A DNA stretch of 64,000 nucleotides from Alphaproteobacteria bacterium (GTDB lineage Bacteria > Pseudomonadota > Alphaproteobacteria > CALKHQ01): positions 800,001 to 864,000 of the forward strand of contig CBDDFZ010000002.1 in the NCBI GenBank assembly GCA_965227515.1, read 5' to 3'. The first letter of the stretch is position 1, and every line of letters begins with the position of its first letter. Both the position numbers and the translations under genes were made by a program. The notes beneath the pieces are model-generated. The model saw only the letters and a list, made by a program, of their open reading frames with translations, did not search any database and had not been told where the DNA came from. Below are positions 50,394-60,396 of the stretch, in pieces.

Positions 50394-51697
50394 GCGATCT
50401 CCCCACTTTCGGCGAGGCGTTCCGCACGTTTGCGCGCATCGGCGTGCTGTCGTTCGGCGGCCCGGCGGCACAAATCGGCCTGATGCACCGGGTGCTGGTC
50501 GACGAGAAGCGCTGGCTCAGTGAGCCGCAATATCTCAGCGCGCTCAGCTTCTGCATGTTGCTGCCGGGGCCCGAGGCGATGCAGCTCGCGACCTACGCCG
50601 GCTGGCGCCTGCATGGCGTGCGCGGCGGGCTTATGGCCGGGCTGATGTTCGTGCTGCCGGGCGCCTGCCTGGTGCTGGCGCTGGCGATGATCTACGCCGC
50701 GTTCGGCAACGTGCCGTTGATCCAGGCGCTGTTCCTGGGCGTGAAGGCGGCGGTGGTGGTGATCGTCATCGAGGCGCTGCTGCGGATCGGCAAGCGGGCA
50801 TTGAAATCCACCGCGCACCGGGTGCTGGCCGGGCTGTCGTTCGTCGCGATCTTCTTCTTTTCGCTGCCCTTTCCGTTGGTGATCGCCGTGGCGGCACTGG
50901 CCGGGGCGATGCTGGCGTGGCGGCGGGGAGGGGGCGCCGCGCCGGTAACCACGTCGGTGCGGGTCCGCCCTTGGGCGACGGTCGCCACCGTGCTGATCTG
51001 GCTGGCGGTGTGGGCAGCACCGTTGGCCGCCATAGCGCTCGTCCTGGGGCCGGACCATGTGTTGGCGGAGATCGGCCTGTTCTTCTCCAAGCTGGCGGTG
51101 GTCACCTTCGGCGGCGCCTATGCCGTGCTCGCCTACATGGCCCAGGAGGTGGTGCAGCTCTATGGCTGGTTGTCGCCGGGCGAGATGATCGACGGCTTGG
51201 GCCTGGCGGAGACCACCAACGGCCCGCTGATCCTGGTCACCGAGTTCGTCGGCTATCTGGCCGCACACCATTCTGTGGCCGGGCAGGGCGGTTCGACCGT
51301 GCTGATGGCCGTGCTGATGGGGGCGGCCGGTGCGGCGGTGGCGCTGTGGGCGACGTTCGCGCCGTGCTTCCTGTGGATCTTCGCCGGCGCGCCGTACATC
51401 GAGCGGCTGCAGCACGCGCCACGGCTAACAGGTGCGCTCAGCGGCGTGATGGCGGCAGTCGTCGGCGTGGTGCTGAACCTGACGGTATGGTTCGCGCTCC
51501 ACGTCTTCTTCGCCGAGGTGACGCTGGAGGAGGTGGGGCCGCTCACCCTGTGGACGCCTGACGTCGAGACCGTCGACTGGCTGGCGGTGGTGCTGGCGGT
51601 GCTCGCCGGCGTGGCGCTGCTGCGGTTCCACCTTGGGCTCGCCTGGACGCTGGCGCTATCTGCCGTGCTTGGCCTGGCCTGGAGCCAGGTTGGGTAA
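50390..51697 (+). CDS. chrA: Chromate ion transporter (long-chain CHR)
   Basis: SFGGPAAQIGLMH, LPGPEAMQLATY, TFGGAYAVL, AETTNGPLI. Confidence 0.94.
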   Translation: MSDLPTFGEAFRTFARIGVLSFGGPAAQIGLMHRVLVDEKRWLSEPQYLSALSFCMLLPGPEAMQLATYAGWRLHGVRGGLMAGLMFVLPGACLVLALAMIYAAFGNVPLIQALFLGVKAAVVVIVIEALLRIGKRALKSTAHRVLAGLSFVAIFFFSLPFPLVIAVAALAGAMLAWRRGGGAAPVTTSVRVRPWATVATVLIWLAVWAAPLAAIALVLGPDHVLAEIGLFFSKLAVVTFGGAYAVLAYMAQEVVQLYGWLSPGEMIDGLGLAETTNGPLILVTEFVGYLAAHHSVAGQGGSTVLMAVLMGAAGAAVALWATFAPCFLWIFAGAPYIERLQHAPRLTGALSGVMAAVVGVVLNLTVWFALHVFFAEVTLEEVGPLTLWTPDVETVDWLAVVLAVLAGVALLRFHLGLAWTLALSAVLGLAWSQVG

Positions 51698-51737
51698 GCT
51701 CGGCCTCCTCCTGAACATCCCGTGACCTTGGCAACAG

Positions 51738-52586
51738 TCAACTGCCGATGGCATCGCCCCGCCGCACTATTTCATCCAAGTCGATTCCGATACGCCCACA
51801 GTCTTCCGCACCTTCGGCTTGCATATTGCGCCACCGGGCAGTCGATCTGAACTGTTCTGTCATAGTTGTGAGGATGTCCGCCGACTCTTGAGAAGCGGCG
51901 TTGAAGATCGCCAAGAACGCATCATGTCCGACGCCATTCTCGTTCGACGCTCTTATAAATTCCTGCTGGGCGTATGCCACAATCGGATCCGTCTTTGCCT
52001 CATCGTCAATAACAAGCACAAGACCGAAGATATAGGTGTATGTGACCTTCAGGCACTCATGCAGCACCCCTTCGAAATACACGCGCGCCGCCGCCGCCTG
52101 TTCTTCCGGGGAAGACCCAGCGATGCTATCGCCCATGCGCACGATCTCATCGAGGTCCATCCCGACTTGTTGGCAGGTGCGCGTGCCCTCGGCGCGCATG
52201 GTTTGCCAACGAGATGTCGATCTGAATGTCGTCGTCATTGTTGTGAGTGTCTCGACCGCCTCATCGAGGGCAACGTCGAGCGCAACCGCATACTCCTCGA
52301 ACGTCAGTCCTTGCTCGCGCCCAACTCTATCGAGTTCACTGTCGAGGTGATCGCGAAACGGGTCTGTCTTTGAACGATCGTCAATAAGTACCGTGACGCC
52401 AATGGCGTACACATAAGACACGACCATACATTCATGCAGGGTGCCGTCTTCCGCGGCAGGTGAGGTTGCGGCCGTGCTGGCTGCAACTGTGCTAGCTGCG
52501 GTCGAGCTGGCGGAAGAGGTTCCGCGTTGGTTGCATGCCGACAGTGCAAGGACTGCAACAAGAGCGCACACAATCGAAATCTTCAT
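51738..52586 (-). CDS. Lipoprotein with two internal ~110-aa repeats and atypical composition
   Basis: Lipobox LSAC, S/T/A linker, two LHEC...KTDP...FRST.RW..M.AEG...C...G.DLDEIVR.GD.I units; visibly more AT-rich codons. Confidence 0.75.
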   Translation of the reverse strand: MKISIVCALVAVLALSACNQRGTSSASSTAASTVAASTAATSPAAEDGTLHECMVVSYVYAIGVTVLIDDRSKTDPFRDHLDSELDRVGREQGLTFEEYAVALDVALDEAVETLTTMTTTFRSTSRWQTMRAEGTRTCQQVGMDLDEIVRMGDSIAGSSPEEQAAAARVYFEGVLHECLKVTYTYIFGLVLVIDDEAKTDPIVAYAQQEFIRASNENGVGHDAFLAIFNAASQESADILTTMTEQFRSTARWRNMQAEGAEDCGRIGIDLDEIVRRGDAIGS

Positions 52587-52759
52587 AGAAATATCTCTCC
52601 CCCAATGCACTGAAGGTCTTCGCCCGATATGGAAAAGTTATCAGGAGGGCAAAATGACAGCCAGCACAAACCGTCAATAGAATCGTACAGCCGGTTTTTC
52701 ATACGAGTGTATGTATTTGTGAATTGTTCCGGCGGAGTGCTCTTGCGCCGGAGCGGTTA

Positions 52760-53659
52760 CTAATTTGCCTTGGATCGCCACCATTTGGTGATGCGGCCGC
52801 CAAGGGATGCGCCGGTCAGCTCCACCGCGATGGCGACCGCCCGATAGAGGCCGGCGATGTCGATGCCGGTCTCATACCCGGCGGACTGGAACAGGTGCAC
52901 CAAATCCTCGGTGGCGACGTTGCCGGCAGCACCCGGCGCGAACGGGCAGCCCCCAAGGCCGCCGACCGAGCCGTCGAAGTGGCGGATGCCGAGATCGGCC
53001 GCGGCCCAGGCATTGGTCAGCGCCATCGCCTGGGTGTCGTGGAGGTGGAGGGAGAACCGGTCCGCGCCCCAGCGTTCGACCAGGGCAGAGATCAGCGCGC
53101 GCACCTGTGCCGGGTTGGCGGCGCCGATGGTGTCGGCGATGGCGATGTCGCCAGCCCCGGCATCCAGCATGCGCTCGACCCAGGGCAGCACCGCCTCGGC
53201 CGGCGTCGGACCGTCATAGGGGCAGACCAGGGCCGCCGACAGATAGACCCGGCTCGCCACGCCCTCGGCGCGGCAACGCTCCAGCAACCCCTCATACTCG
53301 GCCGCGGAGTCCGCGACCGTCTTGTTGATGTTGGCGGTGTTGAAGGCGTCGGTCACCGCCAGCACCATGGCAATGTGGCGGGCGCCAGACTCGCGCGCCC
53401 GGTCGTAGCCGCGCGCGTTCGGCACCAGCGCCCAGTATTCGATGTCGGACCGGTGCGGCAGGCCGGCGAACACGTCCGCGCCGTCGGCCATCTGCGGCAC
53501 CGCCTTCGGCGACACGAAACTGGCCGCCTCCAGTGAGCGCACACCGGCCGAAAGCAACGCCTCGGCCAGCCGCAACTTGCCCACCGTCGCCACCTGTCGG
53601 GGCTGCATCTGCAGCCCGTCGCGCATCGCCACGTCAGTGATCAGGATGCGCTCGGCCAT
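52760..53659 (-). CDS. hmgL: Hydroxymethylglutaryl-CoA lyase family
   Basis: RDGLQ, SFVSPKAVPQMAD, ADTIG, LHLHDT, GLGGCPFAPGAAGNVATED. Confidence 0.9.
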   Translation of the reverse strand: MAERILITDVAMRDGLQMQPRQVATVGKLRLAEALLSAGVRSLEAASFVSPKAVPQMADGADVFAGLPHRSDIEYWALVPNARGYDRARESGARHIAMVLAVTDAFNTANINKTVADSAAEYEGLLERCRAEGVASRVYLSAALVCPYDGPTPAEAVLPWVERMLDAGAGDIAIADTIGAANPAQVRALISALVERWGADRFSLHLHDTQAMALTNAWAAADLGIRHFDGSVGGLGGCPFAPGAAGNVATEDLVHLFQSAGYETGIDIAGLYRAVAIAVELTGASLGGRITKWWRSKAN

Positions 53660-53697
53660 GGCGGCGGCGGGCGTGTCGCGGGCTCACACCTCCGAGG

Positions 53698-56028
53698 CTA
53701 CTCGGCGGCGGCGGGCACCTTGGCCTGCTGGATCGCCTCCCAGATCGCCTGCGGCGTCGCCGGCATGTCGATCCGGGTCACACCGACGTCCATCAGCGCA
53801 TCCAGGATCGCGTTCATCACCGACGGCGGCGCGCCGATGGCGCCGGCCTCGCCGCAACCCTTGATGCCCAGCGGGTTCGACGCGCAGGGGATCTCGTTCC
53901 AGCGGAAGCTGATGTTGGGCGAGTAGTCGGCGCGCGGCATGCCGTAGTCCATGAACGAGCCGGTGACGAGCTGGCCGTCGTCGTCGTAGACGGCGTGCTC
54001 CATCAGCGCCTGGCCCAGGCCCTGGGCGATGCCGCCGTGCACCTGGCCGGTCAGCAGCAGCGGGTTCACCACCTTGCCGAAGTCGTCGACCACCGTGTAG
54101 CGCAGGATCTCCATGGCGCCGCTGTCGGGATCGATCTCGATCTCACAGACGTGGCAGCCGTTCGGGAAGGTGAAGTTGTCCGGGTTGAAGTCGGCGTCGG
54201 CGGCAAGCCCTTCCTCTTCGCCGGGATTGCGTTCCTTCCACGCCTTGGCGACCTCGAACACGCCGGTCGAGCGGTCGGTACCGGCGATTACGTAGCGCCC
54301 GTCCTTGAACTCGATGTCGGCGACCGCGGCCTCCAACAGGTCGGCGGCCACCGCCTTGCCCTTCTCGATCACCTTGTCGGAGGCAATCTGCACCGACGAG
54401 CCGCCCACCGGCACCGAGCGCGAGCCACCGGTCATGGAGCCGGACGGCATCCAGTCGGTGTCGCCCTGCTTGACCGTGACCTGCTCGAAGTCGATGCCGA
54501 GCCGCTCGGCGACGATTTGCGAGTACGCGGTCTCGTGGCCCTGGCCGTTGGACTGGGTGGTGACGATGGCGGTCACCGTGTCGTCGTCCTCGAAGATCAC
54601 CTTGGAGGGCACGTTCGGCGCACCGCCGCAGACCTCGATATAATAGGCGAGGCCAAGGCCGCGGAGCTTGCCGTTGGCCTTCGACTGCGCCTTGCGGGCT
54701 GCGAAGCCGTCCCAGTCGGCATCGCTGATCGCATCTTCCAGATTGCGCTGGAAATCGCCGCTGTCGTAGGTGAGGCCGAGCACCGACGAATACGGCATCT
54801 GCGACGACTTCACGAAGTTGCGGCGGCGGATTTCCGCCGGGCCAAGGCCGGTCTCGCGGCCGATCTTGTCCATCAGACGCTCGATCATGTAGGCCGCTTC
54901 CGGCCGGCCGGCACCGCGATAGGCGTCCACCGGCACGGTGTTGGTGAACACGCCCGTCACGTGCACGAAGGCGGCCGGGATGTCATAGGTGCCGACATGC
55001 ATGCCCTTGCCGGCGCCGGTCGGAATGAACGGGCCGAAGGTCGACAGATAGGCGCCCAAATTGGCGGTGGTGTTGACCCGCAGGCCGATGATCTTGCTGT
55101 CGGCATCCAGGGCGGCGGCAACGTTGGTCACGTGGTCGCGGCCCTGCACGTCGGACATAAAGGATTCGGAGCGGTCGTTGATCCACTTCACCGGGCGGCC
55201 GAGACGCTTCGACGCCCACAGCACGAGGAACAGCTCCGGGTAGAGGAAGATCTTCATGCCGAAGCCGCCGCCGACGTCGGGGCACAGCACCCGCAGCTTC
55301 GACGGATCGGTGCCCTCCAGGAAGCTGCCGAGCAGCAGGTCCTTGATCAGGTGCGCGCCCTGGGACGAGCTGTAGAGCGTCCAGGCATCGTCGTCGGCGT
55401 CATAGCTGCCGATCGCGCCGCGCGACTCCATGGAGTTGACGACGACCCGGTTGTTGACCAGGTCCAGGTCGATCACCCGGTCGGCTTTGTCGAACGCGGC
55501 GCTGGTCGCGGCCTCGTCGCCATCGACCCACTTGAAGGCGATGTTGTTCTTGGCCTCGTCCCACACCTGCGGCGTGCCGGCGTCCGCGGCGGTCGCGGTG
55601 GCCGAGGCGGCGGGCAGGATGTCGTAGTCGATCTCGATCAGGTCGGCGGCATCGCGGGCCTGGGCCATGGTTTCGGCGACCACGGCGGCGATGGCGTCGC
55701 CGACATGGCGCACATGGTCGGACACCAGAATGGCGCGCGGCGGCGTGTATTGCTTGGTGTCGCCGACATCTTCCAACTGCACCATGCACGGCACGTTGGG
55801 CACCTTGTCGTCGGCCACATCCTTGCCGGTCAGCACCGCGACCACGCCCGGCGCGGCTGCCGCCTCTGACGTGTCGATGCTGGTGATGCGGGCATTGGCA
55901 TGCGGCGAGCGCAGAATGAACACGTGGGCCTGGTTATCCAGGTTCACGTCGTCCATGTAGCGGCCGGTGCCGGTGAGAAAACGCTGATCTTCCTTACGTA
56001 CGACGGCCTGTCCGACACCAAATTTCAC
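53698..56028 (-). CDS. Xanthine dehydrogenase family Mo-binding subunit (form II CoxL-like)
   Basis: RKEDQRFLTG, DVGGGFG, AYRGAGRPE, GQGHET, GQVHGG, KGCGEAG; GGAGG RBS. Confidence 0.9.
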   Translation of the reverse strand: MKFGVGQAVVRKEDQRFLTGTGRYMDDVNLDNQAHVFILRSPHANARITSIDTSEAAAAPGVVAVLTGKDVADDKVPNVPCMVQLEDVGDTKQYTPPRAILVSDHVRHVGDAIAAVVAETMAQARDAADLIEIDYDILPAASATATAADAGTPQVWDEAKNNIAFKWVDGDEAATSAAFDKADRVIDLDLVNNRVVVNSMESRGAIGSYDADDDAWTLYSSSQGAHLIKDLLLGSFLEGTDPSKLRVLCPDVGGGFGMKIFLYPELFLVLWASKRLGRPVKWINDRSESFMSDVQGRDHVTNVAAALDADSKIIGLRVNTTANLGAYLSTFGPFIPTGAGKGMHVGTYDIPAAFVHVTGVFTNTVPVDAYRGAGRPEAAYMIERLMDKIGRETGLGPAEIRRRNFVKSSQMPYSSVLGLTYDSGDFQRNLEDAISDADWDGFAARKAQSKANGKLRGLGLAYYIEVCGGAPNVPSKVIFEDDDTVTAIVTTQSNGQGHETAYSQIVAERLGIDFEQVTVKQGDTDWMPSGSMTGGSRSVPVGGSSVQIASDKVIEKGKAVAADLLEAAVADIEFKDGRYVIAGTDRSTGVFEVAKAWKERNPGEEEGLAADADFNPDNFTFPNGCHVCEIEIDPDSGAMEILRYTVVDDFGKVVNPLLLTGQVHGGIAQGLGQALMEHAVYDDDGQLVTGSFMDYGMPRADYSPNISFRWNEIPCASNPLGIKGCGEAGAIGAPPSVMNAILDALMDVGVTRIDMPATPQAIWEAIQQAKVPAAAE

Positions 56029-56363
56029 CGCATCCTCCGTTCATATTGTGTGGCTGCCCGGCAATGGCGCGACAGCCAATGGCGCGAGGGAACAGCCGCG
56101 GCGGCGTCGGTTTTCGAAGTCGACCGACCGCCGAGTCTCCAGCAGTCCCTCATGTTCATGTCCCACTTAGTTTAGCGCATTAACCGCGCGCGTGAATACG
56201 CCGAAGCGCGGCGTGCCGCCGCGCCGCGCGCTGGCGCGCTTTCCGGTGCCACCGCCGGCAATGCCGCTCAAATTTTATCTGTGTTTATCGAAAATAATAA
56301 TCAAGTGAATGTGGAATGTTTGTCAAGTATGTAGATAATAATGTAAGAACAGTCGTGTAATTA

Positions 56364-56378
56364 TTAAGCGCTATTTAA
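56364..56378. promoter_or_regulatory. CtrA-type box upstream of the BTLCP gene
   Basis: Exact TTAA-GCGCTAT-TTAA (TTAA-N7-TTAA) within the AT-rich tract at about 56270-56400. Confidence 0.65.
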
Positions 56379-56401
56379 AAGGTCGCAGGTAAAACAATCT
56401 C

Positions 56402-57163
56402 ATGTCTGCGATGAAAAACACACCGAACACGATCCGGTACTCACGGCTCGATCGCGTTCTCCGCCGGGCCGCCACGGCCCGCCCCGCCAACACCGTGCGC
56501 CGGCTCGTTGCCGCCGTCGCGGTTGCCACAGCTACCCTCACGGGGCTTGCCAGCACCGCACAGGCCGTCGACCTCATGGCCTCCGCCCCGCCGCTGTTCG
56601 GGTCGCAAGGCACGCCGTCCCCCGACGTCTCCCAGTTCACCAAGTGGACCCGGATGCTGGCCGCCTTCCAGACCGAACGCGCCCAGGCCGAGCAGCCCTG
56701 CGCCGGCGGCGACTGCAAGCTGCAGCAGTGGCTGGTCTATGTGGAAAGCCTGCGCGGCTTGGACCGCTTCAGCCAGATCGTCCAGGTCAACACCCGGATG
56801 AACTCGGCCGCCTATATCGAGGATGCGCGCAACTACGGGGCCAGCGACTACTGGGCCACCCCAGGCCAGTTCTTCACCCGCTCCGGCGACTGCGAGGACT
56901 ACGCCATCGCCAAGTACATGACGCTGCGCGAGCTCGGCTTCTCAGACCGCGACATGCGCATCGCCGTGGTCCACGACACCCAGCTCAACCTCGTGCACGC
57001 CATCCTCATCGTCTATCACAACGACGAGGCCTACGTGCTCGACAACCAGATCGACCAGGTCGTGCGCGCGTCCTCCATAAGCCACTACCGCCCGTACTTC
57101 AGCCTCAACCAGACCATGTGGTGGCGCCACGCCGGCAGCACCGCCGTCGCAACCAGCTCCTGA
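56402..57163 (+). CDS. Transglutaminase-like cysteine peptidase (BTLCP/LapG, C93)
   Basis: DYWATP, GDCEDYAIAKY, HAILIV, VLDN (Cys-His-Asp triad); export signal. Confidence 0.92.
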   Translation: MSAMKNTPNTIRYSRLDRVLRRAATARPANTVRRLVAAVAVATATLTGLASTAQAVDLMASAPPLFGSQGTPSPDVSQFTKWTRMLAAFQTERAQAEQPCAGGDCKLQQWLVYVESLRGLDRFSQIVQVNTRMNSAAYIEDARNYGASDYWATPGQFFTRSGDCEDYAIAKYMTLRELGFSDRDMRIAVVHDTQLNLVHAILIVYHNDEAYVLDNQIDQVVRASSISHYRPYFSLNQTMWWRHAGSTAVATSS

Positions 57164-57286
57164 TCGGGAACCGCTTGGACTGTGCCAGCCCTCTGCTCTA
57201 CCCGGCCACACACGAGAGTATCCTGCTGGGTGGCCGGGTGGGGGAGAGGGCCGGTGCCGACTTGAATGAAGAACCATTCTTGGCGC

Positions 57287-58201
57287 CTATGACCGCCATG
57301 TGAGCATCGGCCGCGACAAATGCAGGCCACGCATCGCAGGCGAACAGGCAAGCAAACGCCGCCGATGGGCGAGCAAAGGCGCCACAAGAAAGGGCAGTGC
57401 CGACGGGCGCTGCCCTTTCTTACGTGCGGCCAAACCAATCGTTGGCGCTACGGAAGCACCGGCCAGACCGCAAGCATGGCGATCGCGGGTTATTGCGCCG
57501 GCCAGCGGGACCGGCGCCCTGAACACATCCGGGTTTTGCGGGTCGGCGACATAGGAGAGGCGCAGAAGAATCCGCGGCTGGGCTTCCGCAGCCCCTTCGG
57601 CGGCCTCGCTCGATGGGGCAAACGGGGTCTCGCGAACAGAGAGCGCAATGCGCCGGCCGTCCGCATCGCTGGCGGTGAACAGCACGACCGTGCCACCCGG
57701 CAGTGCCAGATCGCGCGCGATGTTTTCCGGCGCGTAGGGCTGGGCGGCCAGGAAGTCTCGCAGAATGGTGGCGGTCGCGTTCAGTCCGTCGGTCGTCGAC
57801 GTCTCGCTCGACCAGACCAGGGTTACCTCGATCAGGCCGTGGCTGCTGTGCCCGAACACGAACGTTGCGTTCACCGGCCCGCCGTCGGGGACCAACTCGG
57901 CCAGTTCGGCGCGCAGCACGACCGTCTGCTCAATCCCATTGATCGCGCGGGCAATCGCACCTTCAGCGACGTCGAACTCGGTGGCCAGCACCGTGCGCAC
58001 CGCCGCCTCGTCCATACCGAACAGGGCGCCGCGAAAGCCATCTATCCGCGCAGGCGCTTCGGGCTGTGCCGCACTGTCGTCGTCGGAGATCTGCTGGTCG
58101 CCGGTGGGGCCGGCGGCAAGTCCAGGCAGGGGCGCGAGCATGGCACCGCCGAGCAAGGCGAGCGCCAGGGCCCGTGCCGCCATGGAATGGGGCAGGTGCA
58201 C
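57287..58201 (-). CDS. Exported hypothetical protein; the last ~70 aa are doubtful
   Basis: Signal peptide, IDGFRGALFGMDEAAV, LRLSYVADPQNPDVF; the tail reads through a terminator. Confidence 0.65.
   Translation of the reverse strand: MHLPHSMAARALALALLGGAMLAPLPGLAAGPTGDQQISDDDSAAQPEAPARIDGFRGALFGMDEAAVRTVLATEFDVAEGAIARAINGIEQTVVLRAELAELVPDGGPVNATFVFGHSSHGLIEVTLVWSSETSTTDGLNATATILRDFLAAQPYAPENIARDLALPGGTVVLFTASDADGRRIALSVRETPFAPSSEAAEGAAEAQPRILLRLSYVADPQNPDVFRAPVPLAGAITRDRHACGLAGASVAPTIGLAARKKGQRPSALPFLVAPLLAHRRRLLACSPAMRGLHLSRPMLTWRS
57386..57421. terminator. Bidirectional intrinsic terminator
   Basis: AAGAAAGGGCAGTGCC-GACG-GGCGCTGCCCTTTCTT between convergent transcription units. Confidence 0.75.
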
Positions 58202-58247
58202 GGGACCCGGCAGGGGACGTGGCGGGCCGGCGGGGACGTCGCCGGAC

Positions 58248-59978
58248 CTAGAACCGGGTCAGGATGCTCAGATAGCCGCGGGTATCGGGAATGGCGACAT
58301 TCTCGATGCTGCTATCGCGACCGATGCGATGCGCCAGTTCGAGATTGACGGCAAAATTGTCCAGCACGTTCAGCCGCACGCCAGCGCCCACCGAGTTCAA
58401 GGTGTCGTTGGGCCCCGGGGCCGCGCCTTCCGCCTGCGAGATGTTCCAGACGATGCCGGTGTCCCAGAACGTGTAGATCTGGTAGCTGTTCAGGTACATG
58501 CCGATGTCGTCGTCCGGCGACAGGTTCTCGCCATACTGCAGCTCGAACTTGGCGGCCAAGCCGTGATCGCCCGTGATCTCGCTGCCGTCGTAGCCACGGC
58601 CGAACTCGGCGCCACCGACGCCGAACTCCTCGCTGGCCAGCAGGGCCGTGTTGGCGACCTGCGCCGACGCGGCGACGAACAGGTTCAGGCCGGGGGCCAG
58701 CTGCTGCAGGCGCGAGGCGTCGATCTTCAGTGAGGTGAAGGTGCCGCTGCCTTCCGGACGCGACAGGTTGGGGTCGTCGGAGTCGCTGGCGCCCAGGACC
58801 GGAATGCCCTGGCTGATCTCAGCGGCAACCACGTTGACGCCCAACAGGTCGTCGACGAAGTCATACTGGCCCGACAGCCGCACGACGCGCAGGCTGTCGT
58901 CGCTGAACATCACGTTCGCGGCTTCGGACTGGAAGTCGTTCCACTCGATGCCACCGGAGGCGAACAGGTTCTCGCGCCGCGAGCGAATGAAGGGGTGGGT
59001 CACCGAGATGGAGTTGCGGAACGACCGGCTGTCGACGTCGAACGGCTTCAGCGAGGCACCGGGCTCCGAGAACGAATAGCTGGAACTGATGCTGATCTCG
59101 GTGCCTTCGCCGCCGATCGGCAGCGTGGCGGCCGCTTCGCCGTAGAACAGCTCGCTCCAGTCCACCGATACCGCGCCGGTCAGGTTAAATTCCTCATACA
59201 GGCCCGCCACCGAGTTCAGGCCGACGCCGGCGGTGCCGATCCACTCGCCGACGAACCGGGAGCTGCGGTTGTCGATGCTGGCGAAGCCGTCGAAGTAGTC
59301 GTGCTCCATCACGATGGTCAGGTCGGACGCGCCCGGCACGTTGGCGGACGCCTGCAGAACGCCATTGGCTTCGGCGCCGGCCAGATCGCTGGCCAGCAGC
59401 AGATAGCGCTCCAGCGTTTCGCTGCGCAGCGGCCGGTCGGCCTTAATGCTCTCGGCATACGACTCGAGGATGCTGATATCGCCGCCGATATCGCCCTCGA
59501 TATTCACCTGGTCGACGTAACCTTCCACCGCCTGCAGCACAACAGTGCCGTTGTTGATCTCCTGCGGCGGAACCACCGCGCGCGACAGCACATAGCCGGC
59601 ATCGCGATACAGCGCGGTCACCTGGGTCGCGATCTCATAGATCGTCAACAGCGACACCTCGGTGCCGACATACTGGTCCGCGATGGCCATGAGATCGGCG
59701 TTGCTGAAGACGGTGGAGCCTTCCAGCGAAATGCCGTTGAGCATGAAGGTCACCTCGTCGGCGCCGGCGGGGGCGTCGATATCGGGTGCCTCGGTCGGTG
59801 CGGCGTCGGGGTCGGAGAGCGGTTCTGGCAGTCCGGGCTGGAACTGTTCGTCGACGCGGCCGGGTTCGGCCGAGCCTGGCACGGCCGGCGGCGCCTGGCC
59901 GAACGCGCCGGTCGCCGACGTCAACATGGCCAGCGCCGAAATTCCGCCAATCAATGTCGCTGAAGACAATTGAATCAT
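58248..59978 (-). CDS. ShlB/FhaC/HecB family (TpsB/Omp85) outer-membrane protein
   Basis: Signal peptide; POTRA (LYRDAGYVLSRAVVPPQ..VEG); GRGY loop motif; C-terminal Phe (LTRF). Confidence 0.92.
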   Translation of the reverse strand: MIQLSSATLIGGISALAMLTSATGAFGQAPPAVPGSAEPGRVDEQFQPGLPEPLSDPDAAPTEAPDIDAPAGADEVTFMLNGISLEGSTVFSNADLMAIADQYVGTEVSLLTIYEIATQVTALYRDAGYVLSRAVVPPQEINNGTVVLQAVEGYVDQVNIEGDIGGDISILESYAESIKADRPLRSETLERYLLLASDLAGAEANGVLQASANVPGASDLTIVMEHDYFDGFASIDNRSSRFVGEWIGTAGVGLNSVAGLYEEFNLTGAVSVDWSELFYGEAAATLPIGGEGTEISISSSYSFSEPGASLKPFDVDSRSFRNSISVTHPFIRSRRENLFASGGIEWNDFQSEAANVMFSDDSLRVVRLSGQYDFVDDLLGVNVVAAEISQGIPVLGASDSDDPNLSRPEGSGTFTSLKIDASRLQQLAPGLNLFVAASAQVANTALLASEEFGVGGAEFGRGYDGSEITGDHGLAAKFELQYGENLSPDDDIGMYLNSYQIYTFWDTGIVWNISQAEGAAPGPNDTLNSVGAGVRLNVLDNFAVNLELAHRIGRDSSIENVAIPDTRGYLSILTRF

Positions 59979-60396
59979 TGAACTTGCCCCACCATAGCCC
60001 TCAAACGATTCAAGCGGTCAGTGCATCGGCGTGGCCGCACAGGCCTGGAAACACCGCAGATCGTTACCGTCGCGAAATGACCGGTGCCGGCATTGCAACG
60101 AACCGTTCAACCGTCACCCTTCCGGATCGACCTGACTACCTGACGACACGCCTCGCGCGCGCGTCCCGAAATACTGGACCTTCTCGAATCTCATTCGTCC
60201 CAAAGCTTTCATCTTTGAATAAGCATGTCTTGTCAATTCCCGTGTCGCGCGCAAGTGGTGGGGTGTTGCGCGCGGGGCACACTATAAGTGGCTGAAAATC
60301 ATGCATACATAGGCGGCCATGCCGGCGCCTGTGGCGCTTGCGCAACGGTCGAGCAACGCGCACACCCGGCCCTATGGTCGCCCCTATGGCCGCCCC

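Noticed and set aside
53698-56028. True aerobic CO dehydrogenase
   Set aside because: Lacks the form I AYxCSFR motif, and no cox accessory genes are adjacent.
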